Assembly: GCA_964196055.1 (NCBI GenBank)
Contig: CAXMSF010000018.1
Span: 1-56,766, forward strand
Reading direction: 5' to 3'
DNA from: an uncultured Gammaproteobacteria bacterium
GTDB lineage: Bacteria; Myxococcota_A; UBA9160; SMWR01
Length of the DNA: 56,766 nucleotides
Shown: positions 29,898 through 38,530 of the stretch, piece by piece
Position numbering within the stretch: position 1 is the stretch's first letter
Layout: each line of letters opens with the position of its first letter
Notes under the pieces: model-generated
Told to the model about the DNA's origin: nothing
Seen by the model: only the letters and a program-made list of their open reading frames with translations
Databases searched by the model: none
Made by a program: the position numbers and the translations under genes

Positions 29898-30007
29898 CCG
29901 AACTGCCCGATCCACCTACGAAATCCGGGCGGAAGGTACCGGCGCGGTCCGGGGGCGTCAAGAATTCGGAAGCCTGTCTACGCGATTGCGAGTGGTACAT
30001 TCGCGGC

Positions 30008-31012
30008 ATGCCGATCCCCGTCGGAGTTCTCGGCTCCGGAAGCTTTGGAACCTGCCTCGCGTTGCACTGCGCGCGCGAGCATCACGTCACGATCTGGTCG
30101 CGCAACGCGGAAATCGCGGATGCGATCAATCGCGAGCATCGCAACCCGCACTACCTGAGCGACATCCAGCTGCCCGAGAACATCTACGCGACCGGCGATC
30201 TGGAAGAGGCGTTGGCAGGCCGCGAGCTGGTGATCTGCGCGGTGCCGAGCCACGGCGTTCGCGATGTACTGCGCGACGCCTGTGACTTCTTTCCCGATCA
30301 CGCGGTGCTGGTCTCGACGGTAAAGGGCATCGAGGCCGATACGTTGATGCGAATGGACCAGGTCTACGAAGACGTCTTCGATCCCGTTCATCACCCGCGG
30401 CTGGTCTTTCTCTCGGGCCCATCGTTCGCACACGAGGTCGCAGAGGGTCGGCCGACGGCGGTCACACTTGCCTGCCGCGAAGAGGCGTACGCGATTTCGG
30501 TTCAGGAATCGATCTCGTCGTCGAGTTTTCGCTGCTACTCCGCGACGGACGTGATCGGTGTCGAACTCGGAGGCGCGCTCAAGAACGTGATCGCCATCGC
30601 GGTAGGGATTTGCGACGGACTCGAGACCGGTCAGAACGCGCGTGCCGGGCTGATGACACGTGGGTTGCGCGAGATCACTCGGCTCGGCGTAGCGATGGGC
30701 GCCGACCCGATCACCTTCCTCGGGATGGCCGGGATGGGGGACCTCGTGCTCACTTGCACCGGCGACCTGTCGCGCAACCGAAGCGTCGGGGTCGAGCTCG
30801 GACGCGGCCGGAAACTCGAGGAAATCCTCGCTGGGATGAATGAGGTCGCCGAGGGCATCCGGACGACCAGTGCCGCGGTCGAGTTGGCCCGTCGACATGG
30901 AATCGAAATGCCGATCGCCGAGGCCGTCCAGGCCGTGCTCGCGGGTCAAATCGCACCCGAGGAATGTGGAAAACGCCTGATGATGCGGCAACTTAGACCG
31001 GAAAACGAATAG
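30008..31012 (+). CDS. gpsA: NAD(P)H-dependent glycerol-3-phosphate dehydrogenase
   Basis: VGVLGSGSFGTCLALH..., NREHRNPHYL, GALKNVIAIAVGICDG, ...GDLVLTCTGDLSRNR. Confidence 0.9.
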   Translation: MPIPVGVLGSGSFGTCLALHCAREHHVTIWSRNAEIADAINREHRNPHYLSDIQLPENIYATGDLEEALAGRELVICAVPSHGVRDVLRDACDFFPDHAVLVSTVKGIEADTLMRMDQVYEDVFDPVHHPRLVFLSGPSFAHEVAEGRPTAVTLACREEAYAISVQESISSSSFRCYSATDVIGVELGGALKNVIAIAVGICDGLETGQNARAGLMTRGLREITRLGVAMGADPITFLGMAGMGDLVLTCTGDLSRNRSVGVELGRGRKLEEILAGMNEVAEGIRTTSAAVELARRHGIEMPIAEAVQAVLAGQIAPEECGKRLMMRQLRPENE

Positions 31013-31079
31013 CGAACGCATTCGCATTAAAATTCTCTAAAGCTGCGAGACGGGTCGCGACGATAGGTTTCTTAGTTAC

Positions 31080-31098
31080 GAAAATGAAAATCGTTTTC
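31080..31098. promoter_or_regulatory. Fur box upstream of feoA
   Basis: GAAAATGAAAATCGTTTTC matches the 19-bp consensus GATAATGATAATCATTATC at 15 of 19 positions. The outer arms ACGAAAA/TTTTCGT are inverted repeats. It sits in the only strongly AT-rich island of this region, 20 nt before the feoA ATG. Confidence 0.6.
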
Positions 31099-31118
31099 GT
31101 TTTGCTAAATTTAAATCT

Positions 31119-31421
31119 ATGACTGCTGCAGCGGCACCCGACCTAGCTCCGGCTTCCAGCATCCCCGTCCCGGTCTCCGCATCCGCGCGACCGGGTGTTT
31201 CGCTGGCCTCGCTCGCGCCGGGCCACACGGCGCGTATCGTCGGCGTCGACGGGTCGTGCCCGGAGGGCGAGCGCCTGCTCGATCTCGGCTTCATTCCCGG
31301 AACCCCGGTCGAAATCCTGAAGCGCGCACCGCTCGGCGACCCGGTCGTCTACGGGCTGCGCGGATATCGCATCTGCCTGCGCGCCTCCGAGGCCAACCTC
31401 ATCCGCGTGAGAACTGAATGA
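31119..31421 (+). CDS. feoA: ferrous iron transport protein A
   Basis: LASLAPGHTARIVGVDG...RLLDLGFIPGTPVEILKRAPLGDPVVYGLRGYRICLRASEANLIRV is an FeoA SH3-like domain. Confidence 0.85.
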   Translation: MTAAAAPDLAPASSIPVPVSASARPGVSLASLAPGHTARIVGVDGSCPEGERLLDLGFIPGTPVEILKRAPLGDPVVYGLRGYRICLRASEANLIRVRTE

Positions 31422-33310
31422 GCGAAGCGACGTTTCCCACGTCGCTTCGTCTGGGTCTGATCGGATCTCCAAACTCGGGAAAGACGACCCTCTTCAATGC
31501 CCTCACCGGGATGCGGGCGAAGGTCGGGAACTACCCCGGCGTCACCGTCGAACGCCGCGAAGGCCGCGTGATTCTCGATCGGCGCGATACGATCGTGATC
31601 GATCTGCCGGGCACCTACAGCCTGAACGCAATCAGCCCGGATGAAGACGTCGTCTGCGGAGTCATCGACGGCAAGATCGGCGAGGCTCCGAACGCACTCG
31701 CGGTCATCGCGGATGCCTGCACCCTCGAGCGTTCGCTGCTCGTCCTCGCGCAGGTGCTGCGCCACGACAAGCCGACCTGCCTCGTGCTCACGATGACCGA
31801 CGAACTGCAGGCGCGAGGTGGTGCGCTCGACCTCCCGCGCCTCGAACGCGCGCTCGGAATCCCCGTGATCGGTGTCGTGGGACACAAAGGCATCGGCATG
31901 GGCGCACTGCGCCACCTGCTCGCGGACCCGGAGCACTGGAGCCGGCCGCAGATTCCGCCGCCCGAAAGCGCCGAAGATCGCGCGGGCTGGGTCGATTCGA
32001 TCCTCGCGAACGTACTCACGCAACGGCCCGGCGTGAGCCGCAGCACCGAGGCGATCGATCGCATCATCCTGCACCCGGTCGCGGGCACGCTGCTCTTCGC
32101 GGCAGTCATGATCGCCTTCTTCCAGTTGATCTTCGCCTGGGCGACGCCTGCAATGGACTTGATCGACGGCGGAATCGGCTGGGCGGCAGGGCGCGTCCAC
32201 GCCACGCTCCCGGTGGGCTTCCTCGCGGATTTCATCGCGGATGGCCTGATCGCGGGCGTTGGATCGGTCGTCATCTTCGTGCCTCAGATCGCGTTGCTCT
32301 TCACTTTGCTCTACCTGCTCGAGGACATCGGCTACATGGCGCGAGCGGCGTTCGTCGTCGACCGCTTGATGGGCAGCGTCGGGCTCGAGGGCCGCGCATT
32401 CGTGTCGCTGCTTTCCTCCTACGCGTGCGCCATCCCGGGCATCATGGCGACGCGCACACTTCCGTCGACACGCGACCGTCTGGTGACGATCCTCGTCGCA
32501 CCGTTGATGACGTGTTCGGCCCGGCTGCCCGTTTACGCGTTGCTGATTGCCGCCTTCGTGCCCGCGCAGGCGGTCTGGGGACCGATCGGGCTCCAGGGGC
32601 TCGTACTGCTCGGGCTCTACGTTCTCGGTTCGGTCTCGGCACTGATCGTCGCGACGATCCTCACCCGCACACTGCTGAAGCGCGACTCATTGCCGTTCTA
32701 CATGGAGCTGCCGCCGTATCGCATGCCCACCGCGCGGCTGCTCTTTAGCCAGGTCTGGGGCAGCGTGAGCGCATTCCTGCGCCGCGCCGGCACCATCATC
32801 CTGGCCGTCTCCATTGCGCTCTGGTTCCTGCTGACGTTCCCGGCCATCGAGCCGCCCGCGGGCGCCGATGCGACCGCGTCGAGCCGCCATGCGCTCGAAC
32901 ACAGCTACGCGGGACGCGCGGGACACGCCCTCGAGCCGCTCGTCGCGCCGCTGGGCTTCGACTGGAAGATCTCGGTCGGCCTGATCGGCAGCCTCGCAGC
33001 GCGCGAGGTGATCGTTGCGACGCTGGCGCAGATCTATGCGGCTTCGGACGAGGGAACGTCGTTGCGCGAGGCGATCCGCGCGGACATCGACCCGAATACC
33101 GGCCGGAAGGTCTTCACACCCGCCACGGTAGCGTCGCTGCTGGTGTTCTTCGTGTTCGCGCTGCAGTGCGTCTCGACGCTCGCAATCATCCGGCGCGAGA
33201 CGAACTCCTGGCGCTGGCCCGCGTTCGCGTTCGGCTATCTGCTCGTGCTTGCGTACGGGGCGAGCTTTGCGACCTACCGAATCGTCCAACACCTCGACGC
33301 CGCGGCCTGA
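31418..33310 (+). CDS. feoB: ferrous iron transporter FeoB
   Basis: N-terminal G domain (GSPNSGKTTLFNALTG..NYPGVTVE...DLPGTYSL) and a polytopic C-terminal permease. The ATG overlaps the feoA stop (ATGA). Confidence 0.9.
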   Translation: MSEATFPTSLRLGLIGSPNSGKTTLFNALTGMRAKVGNYPGVTVERREGRVILDRRDTIVIDLPGTYSLNAISPDEDVVCGVIDGKIGEAPNALAVIADACTLERSLLVLAQVLRHDKPTCLVLTMTDELQARGGALDLPRLERALGIPVIGVVGHKGIGMGALRHLLADPEHWSRPQIPPPESAEDRAGWVDSILANVLTQRPGVSRSTEAIDRIILHPVAGTLLFAAVMIAFFQLIFAWATPAMDLIDGGIGWAAGRVHATLPVGFLADFIADGLIAGVGSVVIFVPQIALLFTLLYLLEDIGYMARAAFVVDRLMGSVGLEGRAFVSLLSSYACAIPGIMATRTLPSTRDRLVTILVAPLMTCSARLPVYALLIAAFVPAQAVWGPIGLQGLVLLGLYVLGSVSALIVATILTRTLLKRDSLPFYMELPPYRMPTARLLFSQVWGSVSAFLRRAGTIILAVSIALWFLLTFPAIEPPAGADATASSRHALEHSYAGRAGHALEPLVAPLGFDWKISVGLIGSLAAREVIVATLAQIYAASDEGTSLREAIRADIDPNTGRKVFTPATVASLLVFFVFALQCVSTLAIIRRETNSWRWPAFAFGYLLVLAYGASFATYRIVQHLDAAA

Positions 33311-33347
33311 AACGCGACCCGGCGAATTGCGATAGCCTTTGCACGCG

Positions 33348-34217
33348 ATGCCGATGCTCCGAAGACCACTCTCGACGAGCGCGTTCGCGATCCTCGCGGC
33401 GATGGCGGTCCTGGGCTCGGGGTGCGTCACCCGGACCGTTCGCAATACCTTCTTCGAAAATGCGACTACGCGCGTCGTTTTCGTCCAGGAGAAACGTGGC
33501 GGCGAAGCGATCGAGCAGGACTTCGCCCATCCGCTGCAGATCGCGCCGGTTCGGATGGCCCACATCCTCTCGCGCCTCGATGTACGAGTGGAGAACAAGA
33601 ACTCGATCCAACGGATGCCCGCGATTCCCACCGAAGCGTTGTACGAGATCGCCGATCACCTCGCGAACGCATTCAGGCAAGCCGACTCGAACCAGCACAT
33701 CGTTGTCTACTACAAACGCCGTAGCAAGCGCTTCGGCGTATTCGACCACAACTATCTGACCAGCTTCCTCGCATTCGCCGTCGAAGATTCGATGTACCTT
33801 CATCTCTCGAAGGTCGACTGGGAAATCCAGAAGACCGGCAGGCGCGAAAAGCTGCCGGAACCGCAGGTCGACGATGAGACGAATGCGTTCAAGGTCGTCG
33901 CATCGACCGGCATGATGGTCGCGAACCCGAACTCGGTCATGGTCGACTGGGAGCACTCGGTATTCAAGAAGCCCAGCCGAACCCACATTGCACCGGGCGG
34001 CAAGGTCGTGCGACGGACCATCCTGATGGAGGCCCCCGAAGAGACCGAGCCGGAAGCCAGCGAGGCGGTGGGCGAGAAGATCCCCGCGACCCTATCGGCA
34101 GCGACGCTGCGGGCCCTCGCCAACCTCGAGGACGAGCGCGCCAGCGGCGAAGTCACCGAAGCGGAATACAGCACTCGTCGACGCGGAATCCTCGCAGCCG
34201 ACCCCGCATCGAAGTAG
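33348..34217 (+). CDS. exported (lipobox-like LGSGC) protein of unknown function with C-terminal SHOCT-like motif
   Basis: Signal peptide MPMLRRPLSTSAFAILAAMAVLGSGC. The C-terminus LRALANLEDERASGEVTEAEYSTRRRGIL fits the SHOCT pattern. It begins 37 nt after feoB. Confidence 0.7.
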   Translation: MPMLRRPLSTSAFAILAAMAVLGSGCVTRTVRNTFFENATTRVVFVQEKRGGEAIEQDFAHPLQIAPVRMAHILSRLDVRVENKNSIQRMPAIPTEALYEIADHLANAFRQADSNQHIVVYYKRRSKRFGVFDHNYLTSFLAFAVEDSMYLHLSKVDWEIQKTGRREKLPEPQVDDETNAFKVVASTGMMVANPNSVMVDWEHSVFKKPSRTHIAPGGKVVRRTILMEAPEETEPEASEAVGEKIPATLSAATLRALANLEDERASGEVTEAEYSTRRRGILAADPASK

Positions 34218-34429
34218 CGCGTGGGGCGGCGCGCCTCTCGAGCGACTCGCCGAGGGGTTTTCGGCCCATTCTTCGGCTCCGGTTGACGGCGGAATTCCAC
34301 CCTCCTACCCTCGATTGCTCGGGTTCGACCGTATTTATTGGGCGATTTCCGGCATTTGCAGGCCCTCGGACCAGCCGTCTCAGGGATCCACACCCGAACT
34401 GCTAAGTGCCACTACGACGAGAGAAAATC

Positions 34430-35617
34430 ATGGGCAAGACGCCCGATCGAAACGGTGATTCAACCCGTTCCGTGCACGCCGGCGAGCGCAATCACCACAT
34501 CGGCGACTCCGTGACGACGCCGATCTTCCTGACCTCGACATTCTGGTTCAAGAATTCGGCCGAGCTATGCGCATTCCAGGAGGGCCGACTCGAGCGCGAG
34601 GAGTATGGCCGCTACGGGAATCCCACCTGGTCCGCCGTCGAGCGCAAACTATGCGAGCTCGAGGGTGGCGAGTCCGCGGTGCTGTTCGCCTCGGGAATGT
34701 GCGCCGCGACGACTTTGTTCCTCGCGCTGCTGCCGAAGGGTGCACACCTGATCGTCACGAGCGACTGCTATCGGCGCACGCGGCAATTCATCCGTGACTA
34801 CCTCGTCAAACTCGATGTCGAAACCACCGTGATCGAGCCCGCCGACACCACGGCACTGGCCGCGGCGATCCGCGACGACACGTCGCTCTTCTTCACCGAA
34901 TCGCCGACGAACCCCTACCTGCGCGTGATCGACATCGAGGAGGCGGTTCGCGTCTGCCACGCGCGCGGCGTCAAGGTCGTGATCGACTCGACCTTTGCGA
35001 GCCCGGTGAGTCAGCGGGCACTCGACGGCGGCGCCGACTATGTGATCCACAGCGCGACGAAGTTCCTCGGGGGACACAACGACCTGCTGGCGGGCTGTGC
35101 CATCGGCTCGGCCGAGGCCATCGCGCCCGTCCGCGAGGCCGTCGGCGTGCTCGGCGGCGTGCTCGATCCTCACGCCGCCTATCTGCTGCTGCGCGGCCTC
35201 AAGACACTGTCGCTGCGGGTCGAGCGCCACAACGACAACGCTCTGCGGATGGCACGCTGGCTCGAGGAGCAGGACGCCGTGCGCCGGGTCTGGTATCCGG
35301 GCCTCGAGAGCCACCCCGACCACCCGACCGCAGTCAAGCTGATGCGGGGCTTCGGCGGCGTCGTGACCTTCGAGCTCGAGACCGACCTCGAGGGCGCGAT
35401 GCGCTTCGTCGATGCCTGTCGGATTCCCTACATCGCGCCGAGCCTGGGCGGGGTCGAGTCACTGATCGAGATGCCCGTCACGATGTCGTTCTGGGACGTG
35501 CCGCGCGACGAGCGCATGAAGCTAGGAATCACCGACTCGCTGATCCGCTACTCCTGCGGGATCGAGGATTGCGACGACCTGATCGCGGACGTCGAACAGG
35601 CGCTGCGGGCCATATAG
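34430..35617 (+). CDS. Cys/Met-metabolism PLP-dependent enzyme (cystathionine gamma-synthase / beta-lyase family)
   Basis: RSVHAGE...TPIFLTSTF..., YGRYGNPT, FTESPTNP and the PLP-lysine motif HSATKFLGGHND. Start at ATG 34430. Confidence 0.88.
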   Translation: MGKTPDRNGDSTRSVHAGERNHHIGDSVTTPIFLTSTFWFKNSAELCAFQEGRLEREEYGRYGNPTWSAVERKLCELEGGESAVLFASGMCAATTLFLALLPKGAHLIVTSDCYRRTRQFIRDYLVKLDVETTVIEPADTTALAAAIRDDTSLFFTESPTNPYLRVIDIEEAVRVCHARGVKVVIDSTFASPVSQRALDGGADYVIHSATKFLGGHNDLLAGCAIGSAEAIAPVREAVGVLGGVLDPHAAYLLLRGLKTLSLRVERHNDNALRMARWLEEQDAVRRVWYPGLESHPDHPTAVKLMRGFGGVVTFELETDLEGAMRFVDACRIPYIAPSLGGVESLIEMPVTMSFWDVPRDERMKLGITDSLIRYSCGIEDCDDLIADVEQALRAI

Positions 35618-35621
35618 CGTT

Positions 35622-35805
35622 CGAAGCGCGCTGCTTCGCACCGCACTCCGAACGACCACACCCCTTTGCTCGTCGCCATACCCGCCGGGATCGCTCACGC
35701 GTCAGAGCAGAAGGCCGAAGCGCGCTGCTTCGCACCGCACTCCGAACGACCACACCCCTTTGCTCGTCGCCATATCCGCCGGGATCGCTCACGCGTCAGA
35801 GCAGA
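35622..35805. repeat. two tandem copies of a ~90-bp unit (period 94 bp) filling the metB-like/ogt convergent intergenic region
   Basis: Copy 1 (35622-35711) and copy 2 (35716-35805) differ at one position (cataCccgcc vs cataTccgcc). Each begins with the hairpin CGAAGC-gcgct-GCTTCG. Copy 2 ends in the last 10 nt of ogt, including its stop. Confidence 0.9.
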
Positions 35806-36317
35806 CGATCTGCGCCTGGGCGGCTCTCCATCGCGAGCAGACGGGCCTTGAGCGTGAGCCCGCCGCCGTAGCCCCCGAGCTTGCCGTCCGAGTTGATCAC
35901 GCGGTGGCAGGGAACCACGAGAGAAACCGGGTTCGAGCCGTTCGCGGCGCCCACTGCGCGCACGGCCTTCGGGCGACCGATCGCCTTCGCAATGTCGCGG
36001 TAGCTGCGCCGCTCACCGAACGGGATTTCCTGGAGCTCGTCCCAGACACGCCGCTGGAACTCGGTTCCACGCAAGTCGAGAGGCAGATCGAAGTCCGTCC
36101 GGTCGCCGGCCAGGTATTCGAGAAGCTGCTCGACGACCGTACGGTTCCGGTCGATCTGCTCGACGCATTGTGTGTCGGGGAAGTGGTGGTGAAGCCAGCC
36201 GCGCAGGCCACAGCCACTTGCGTTCGGCAGCTCGATGTACGCGAGTCCCTTGTCCGTGGAACCAACGCGAAGTTGACCGATCGGGGTGTCGATGCGCGTG
36301 ATCTCGACCGTCTGCAT
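35796..36317 (-). CDS. ogt: methylated-DNA--protein-cysteine methyltransferase
   Basis: TEFQRRVWDELQEIPFGERRSYRDIA...VGAANGSNPVSLVVPCHRVI contains the PCHR active site. Start at ATG 36317 (M12 of the listed ORF). Confidence 0.9.
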   Translation of the reverse strand: MQTVEITRIDTPIGQLRVGSTDKGLAYIELPNASGCGLRGWLHHHFPDTQCVEQIDRNRTVVEQLLEYLAGDRTDFDLPLDLRGTEFQRRVWDELQEIPFGERRSYRDIAKAIGRPKAVRAVGAANGSNPVSLVVPCHRVINSDGKLGGYGGGLTLKARLLAMESRPGADRLL

Positions 36318-36399
36318 GCGGCGCACAACATAACACGCCGACCGGAACACGTTGGCGAAATCCGGACCCGATTGTCGAAAGTTTGCCTGTGAATTCGGT

Positions 36400-37875
36400 T
36401 CAGGAGTCGTTGAGGTCGAGTCGCTTCATCATCTTCTGGAGCGACTGACGCGGAATTCCGAGGCGTTCCGCCGCACGCGTCTTGCTGCCGGTCTCGGCGA
36501 GCGCAGACAGGATCATGTTGCGCTTCAACGCGTCCACCGCTTCCGACAGCGCGATATCGCCCGCGAACGCTTCGGGAGAGACGTTCATCGCAGGCATCGC
36601 ACCGCGGATGTGCTCTGACAACATGTCGACGCTGATCGCCGACTCGTTGCCCGCGAGAGCGACCGTCCGCTCGATCTCGTTCTCGAGCTCTCGCACGTTG
36701 CCACTCCACTCGTGGGCAACCAGACGATCGATCGCCGCGTTCGTGAATCCCTGGATCTTGCGCCCCATCTTGCCGTTCGCGATGTCGAGGAAGTGGTGCG
36801 CGAGCAGCGGGATATCGGTCTTGCGCTCGCGCAACGGCGGCAGGCCGATCTCCACCACCCGCAGTCGGTAGTAGAGATCCTCCCGGAAACGGCCCTCTTC
36901 GACGTCCTTGCGCAGGTCGCGGTTGGTCGCGGCGATCACGCGTACGTCCACGGTTCGGGTCTTGGACGAACCCAGCGGACGGATCTCGCCGTCCTGCAAC
37001 ACCCGCAGCAGGCGGACCTGCATACCGGGGTGCATCTCGGCGACTTCGTCCAGGAAGATCGTGCCGCGATCCGCCACCTCGAACAGGCCCTTTTTGTCCG
37101 CGTGTGCGCCCGTAAACGCCCCACGCATGTGACCGAACAACTCACTTTCGAGCAGCGTGTCGGGCAGGGCAGCGCAGTTTTGAGCCACGAAGCGCGCGCC
37201 CTTGCGGCGGCCGCTGTAGTGGATCGCGCGTGCGACGAGGTCTTTGCCGGTACCCGTCTCACCGACGATCAGCACCGTCGCGTCGGTTTCGGAGACCTTC
37301 TCCATCACGTCGAAGACCCGGTCCATCGCGCGGCTGGTCGCGATGATCTTGTCGAATCCGTAACGGCGTTCGACCTCGCGCCGCAGGTAGAGATTTTCGG
37401 CTCGAAGACGCTCGTTCGCGTCCGCGAGCGCGGCGGCGAGTTGCGTGTTTTCCGTCGCCAACTCGTAGGCCTCGAGCGCGCGCCGGACGTTGAGCCGCAC
37501 CTCGTCGGGCTCCCACGGCTTCGTGATGAAGCGGTAGATGCGGCCTTCGTTGATCGCGCGAGACATCGAACGGATGTCCGCGTAACCCGTGAGCAGCATT
37601 CGGATCGCTTGCGGCGAGACTTCGATGGCTTTCTCGAGAAACTCGACACCGCTCATCGAAGGCAGAACCTGATCCGAGATGATCAGCGCGATGTTCTCAC
37701 CTTCGAGGATCGCGAGTCCCGCTTCGCCGCTCTCGGCGGTGTGGACGCGGTAGTCGGATCCGAGAGTCAGCTCGAGCGACTCGAGGATCGCGGGTTCGTC
37801 GTCGACGATCAGGATGCCGTACGACCGTGCACCCGCGTCCGGACGCGCAGCCTTGATGGCACTGGCGTCGGTCAC
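36400..37875 (-). CDS. sigma-54-dependent response regulator (NtrC family enhancer-binding protein)
   Basis: Receiver domain ILIVDDEP...[14 protein letters not shown]+ core [15 protein letters not shown] and [16 protein letters not shown]-terminal Fis-type [22 protein letters not shown]. Confidence 0.9.
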   Translation of the reverse strand: MTDASAIKAARPDAGARSYGILIVDDEPAILESLELTLGSDYRVHTAESGEAGLAILEGENIALIISDQVLPSMSGVEFLEKAIEVSPQAIRMLLTGYADIRSMSRAINEGRIYRFITKPWEPDEVRLNVRRALEAYELATENTQLAAALADANERLRAENLYLRREVERRYGFDKIIATSRAMDRVFDVMEKVSETDATVLIVGETGTGKDLVARAIHYSGRRKGARFVAQNCAALPDTLLESELFGHMRGAFTGAHADKKGLFEVADRGTIFLDEVAEMHPGMQVRLLRVLQDGEIRPLGSSKTRTVDVRVIAATNRDLRKDVEEGRFREDLYYRLRVVEIGLPPLRERKTDIPLLAHHFLDIANGKMGRKIQGFTNAAIDRLVAHEWSGNVRELENEIERTVALAGNESAISVDMLSEHIRGAMPAMNVSPEAFAGDIALSEAVDALKRNMILSALAETGSKTRAAERLGIPRQSLQKMMKRLDLNDS

Positions 37876-37933
37876 GAAGCGAAGTTCAAAGAGAGATCCA
37901 CACCCGGATTGTAGCGCGGGCGCTTGAAACGGT

Positions 37934-37968
37934 TGCGGGTCCGACGAAGCAGAGCTTCGCCGGACCCG
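37934..37968 (-). terminator. strong GC-rich hairpin after the small basic protein gene (candidate terminator, weak U-tract)
   Basis: GCGGGTCCG-a-CGAAGC-aga-GCTTCG-c-CGGACCCGC, two stacked stems of 9 and 6 bp, 16 nt downstream of the stop at 37984. On the minus strand it is followed by AACCGTTTC. Confidence 0.45.
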
Positions 37969-37983
37969 CCAATGCCGAAGCGC

Positions 37984-38373
37984 TCAGCGACGTGCGCGCT
38001 TCTTTGCCGTCGTCCGACTTGCCGTCTTCTTCCGGGCCGTTGTGCGTCCAGTCTTCTTGCTAGCCGGCTTCTTCTTTGCGGCCGGCTTGCGTCGTGCGGC
38101 TGTGCGGGCGCGCGACGTCGTCTTGCGCTTGGCCGGCTTCTTGCGCGCCGTCGACCGCTTCATCTTCACCTTGGCGACGTGACCCTTCTTGTCGATGAAG
38201 TAGAGGAAACCCTCCTCCCGGTCGATGCCGAGGCGGACGACCTTCTCGCGTCCCTTCACCACCTTGCCACCGCCACGCGCCATGCGTGCGCGACTCACAT
38301 CTCCTCGTTTGTCGAGGAAATACAACCAACCCTTTTCCCGTCGGATTCCCGTCTTTTCGACGACTGTGGCCAT
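37984..38373 (-). CDS. small basic protein: two ~30-aa repeats plus Lys/Arg/Ala/Thr-rich histone-H1-like tail
   Basis: 129 aa from MATVVEK, with GGGAGAAGCTTT before the ATG. The repeats are GIRREKGWLYFLDKRGDVSRARM and GIDREEGFLYFIDKKGHVAKVKM. The tail is RKKPAKRKTTSRARTAARRKPAAKKKPASKKTGRTTARKKTASRTTAKKRARR. Confidence 0.75.
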   Translation of the reverse strand: MATVVEKTGIRREKGWLYFLDKRGDVSRARMARGGGKVVKGREKVVRLGIDREEGFLYFIDKKGHVAKVKMKRSTARKKPAKRKTTSRARTAARRKPAAKKKPASKKTGRTTARKKTASRTTAKKRARR

Positions 38374-38482
38374 AAAGCTTCTCCCAAATAGTACGAGTCG
38401 TTTTCCGCGCGAGGGGAGAGGAGGCGCGGATGCGGAGGCCTGTTTGGAGGAGGCTGCGCGGGGCGAGGGGTCGCCCACCGGC

Positions 38483-38498
38483 GGCAATGATCGGACCA
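38483..38498 (-). promoter_or_regulatory. candidate sigma-54 (-24/-12) promoter upstream of the small basic protein gene
   Basis: The minus strand reads TGGTCCGATCATTGCC against the consensus TGGCACG-N4-TTGCW, with correct GG/GC spacing. It lies ~110 nt upstream of ATG 38373, and the NtrC-type activator gene is the next gene downstream. Chance matches of this quality are expected a few times per 50 kb. Confidence 0.3.
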
Positions 38499-38530
38499 CC
38501 ATTTCCCGGTGTCAATGCTTAATCGGGCAT

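Noticed and set aside
34218-34429. 212-nt leader of the Cys/Met PLP gene as a SAM/SAH riboswitch
   Set aside because: I could not match SAM-I, SAM-II or SAH core consensus elements by eye, only vague GC-rich pairings. A covariance-model scan (Rfam or Infernal) would be decisive.
35622-35805. CRISPR array
   Set aside because: There are only two directly abutting copies, ~90 bp long, with a 4-bp junction and no unique spacers, and no cas genes. This is a tandem duplication.
35569-35871. 100-aa and 61-aa plus-strand ORFs with a repeated RCFAPHSERPHPFARRH peptide
   Set aside because: The apparent protein repeat is simply the translation of the 94-bp DNA duplication in an intergenic region. There is no RBS and the composition is Arg-rich.
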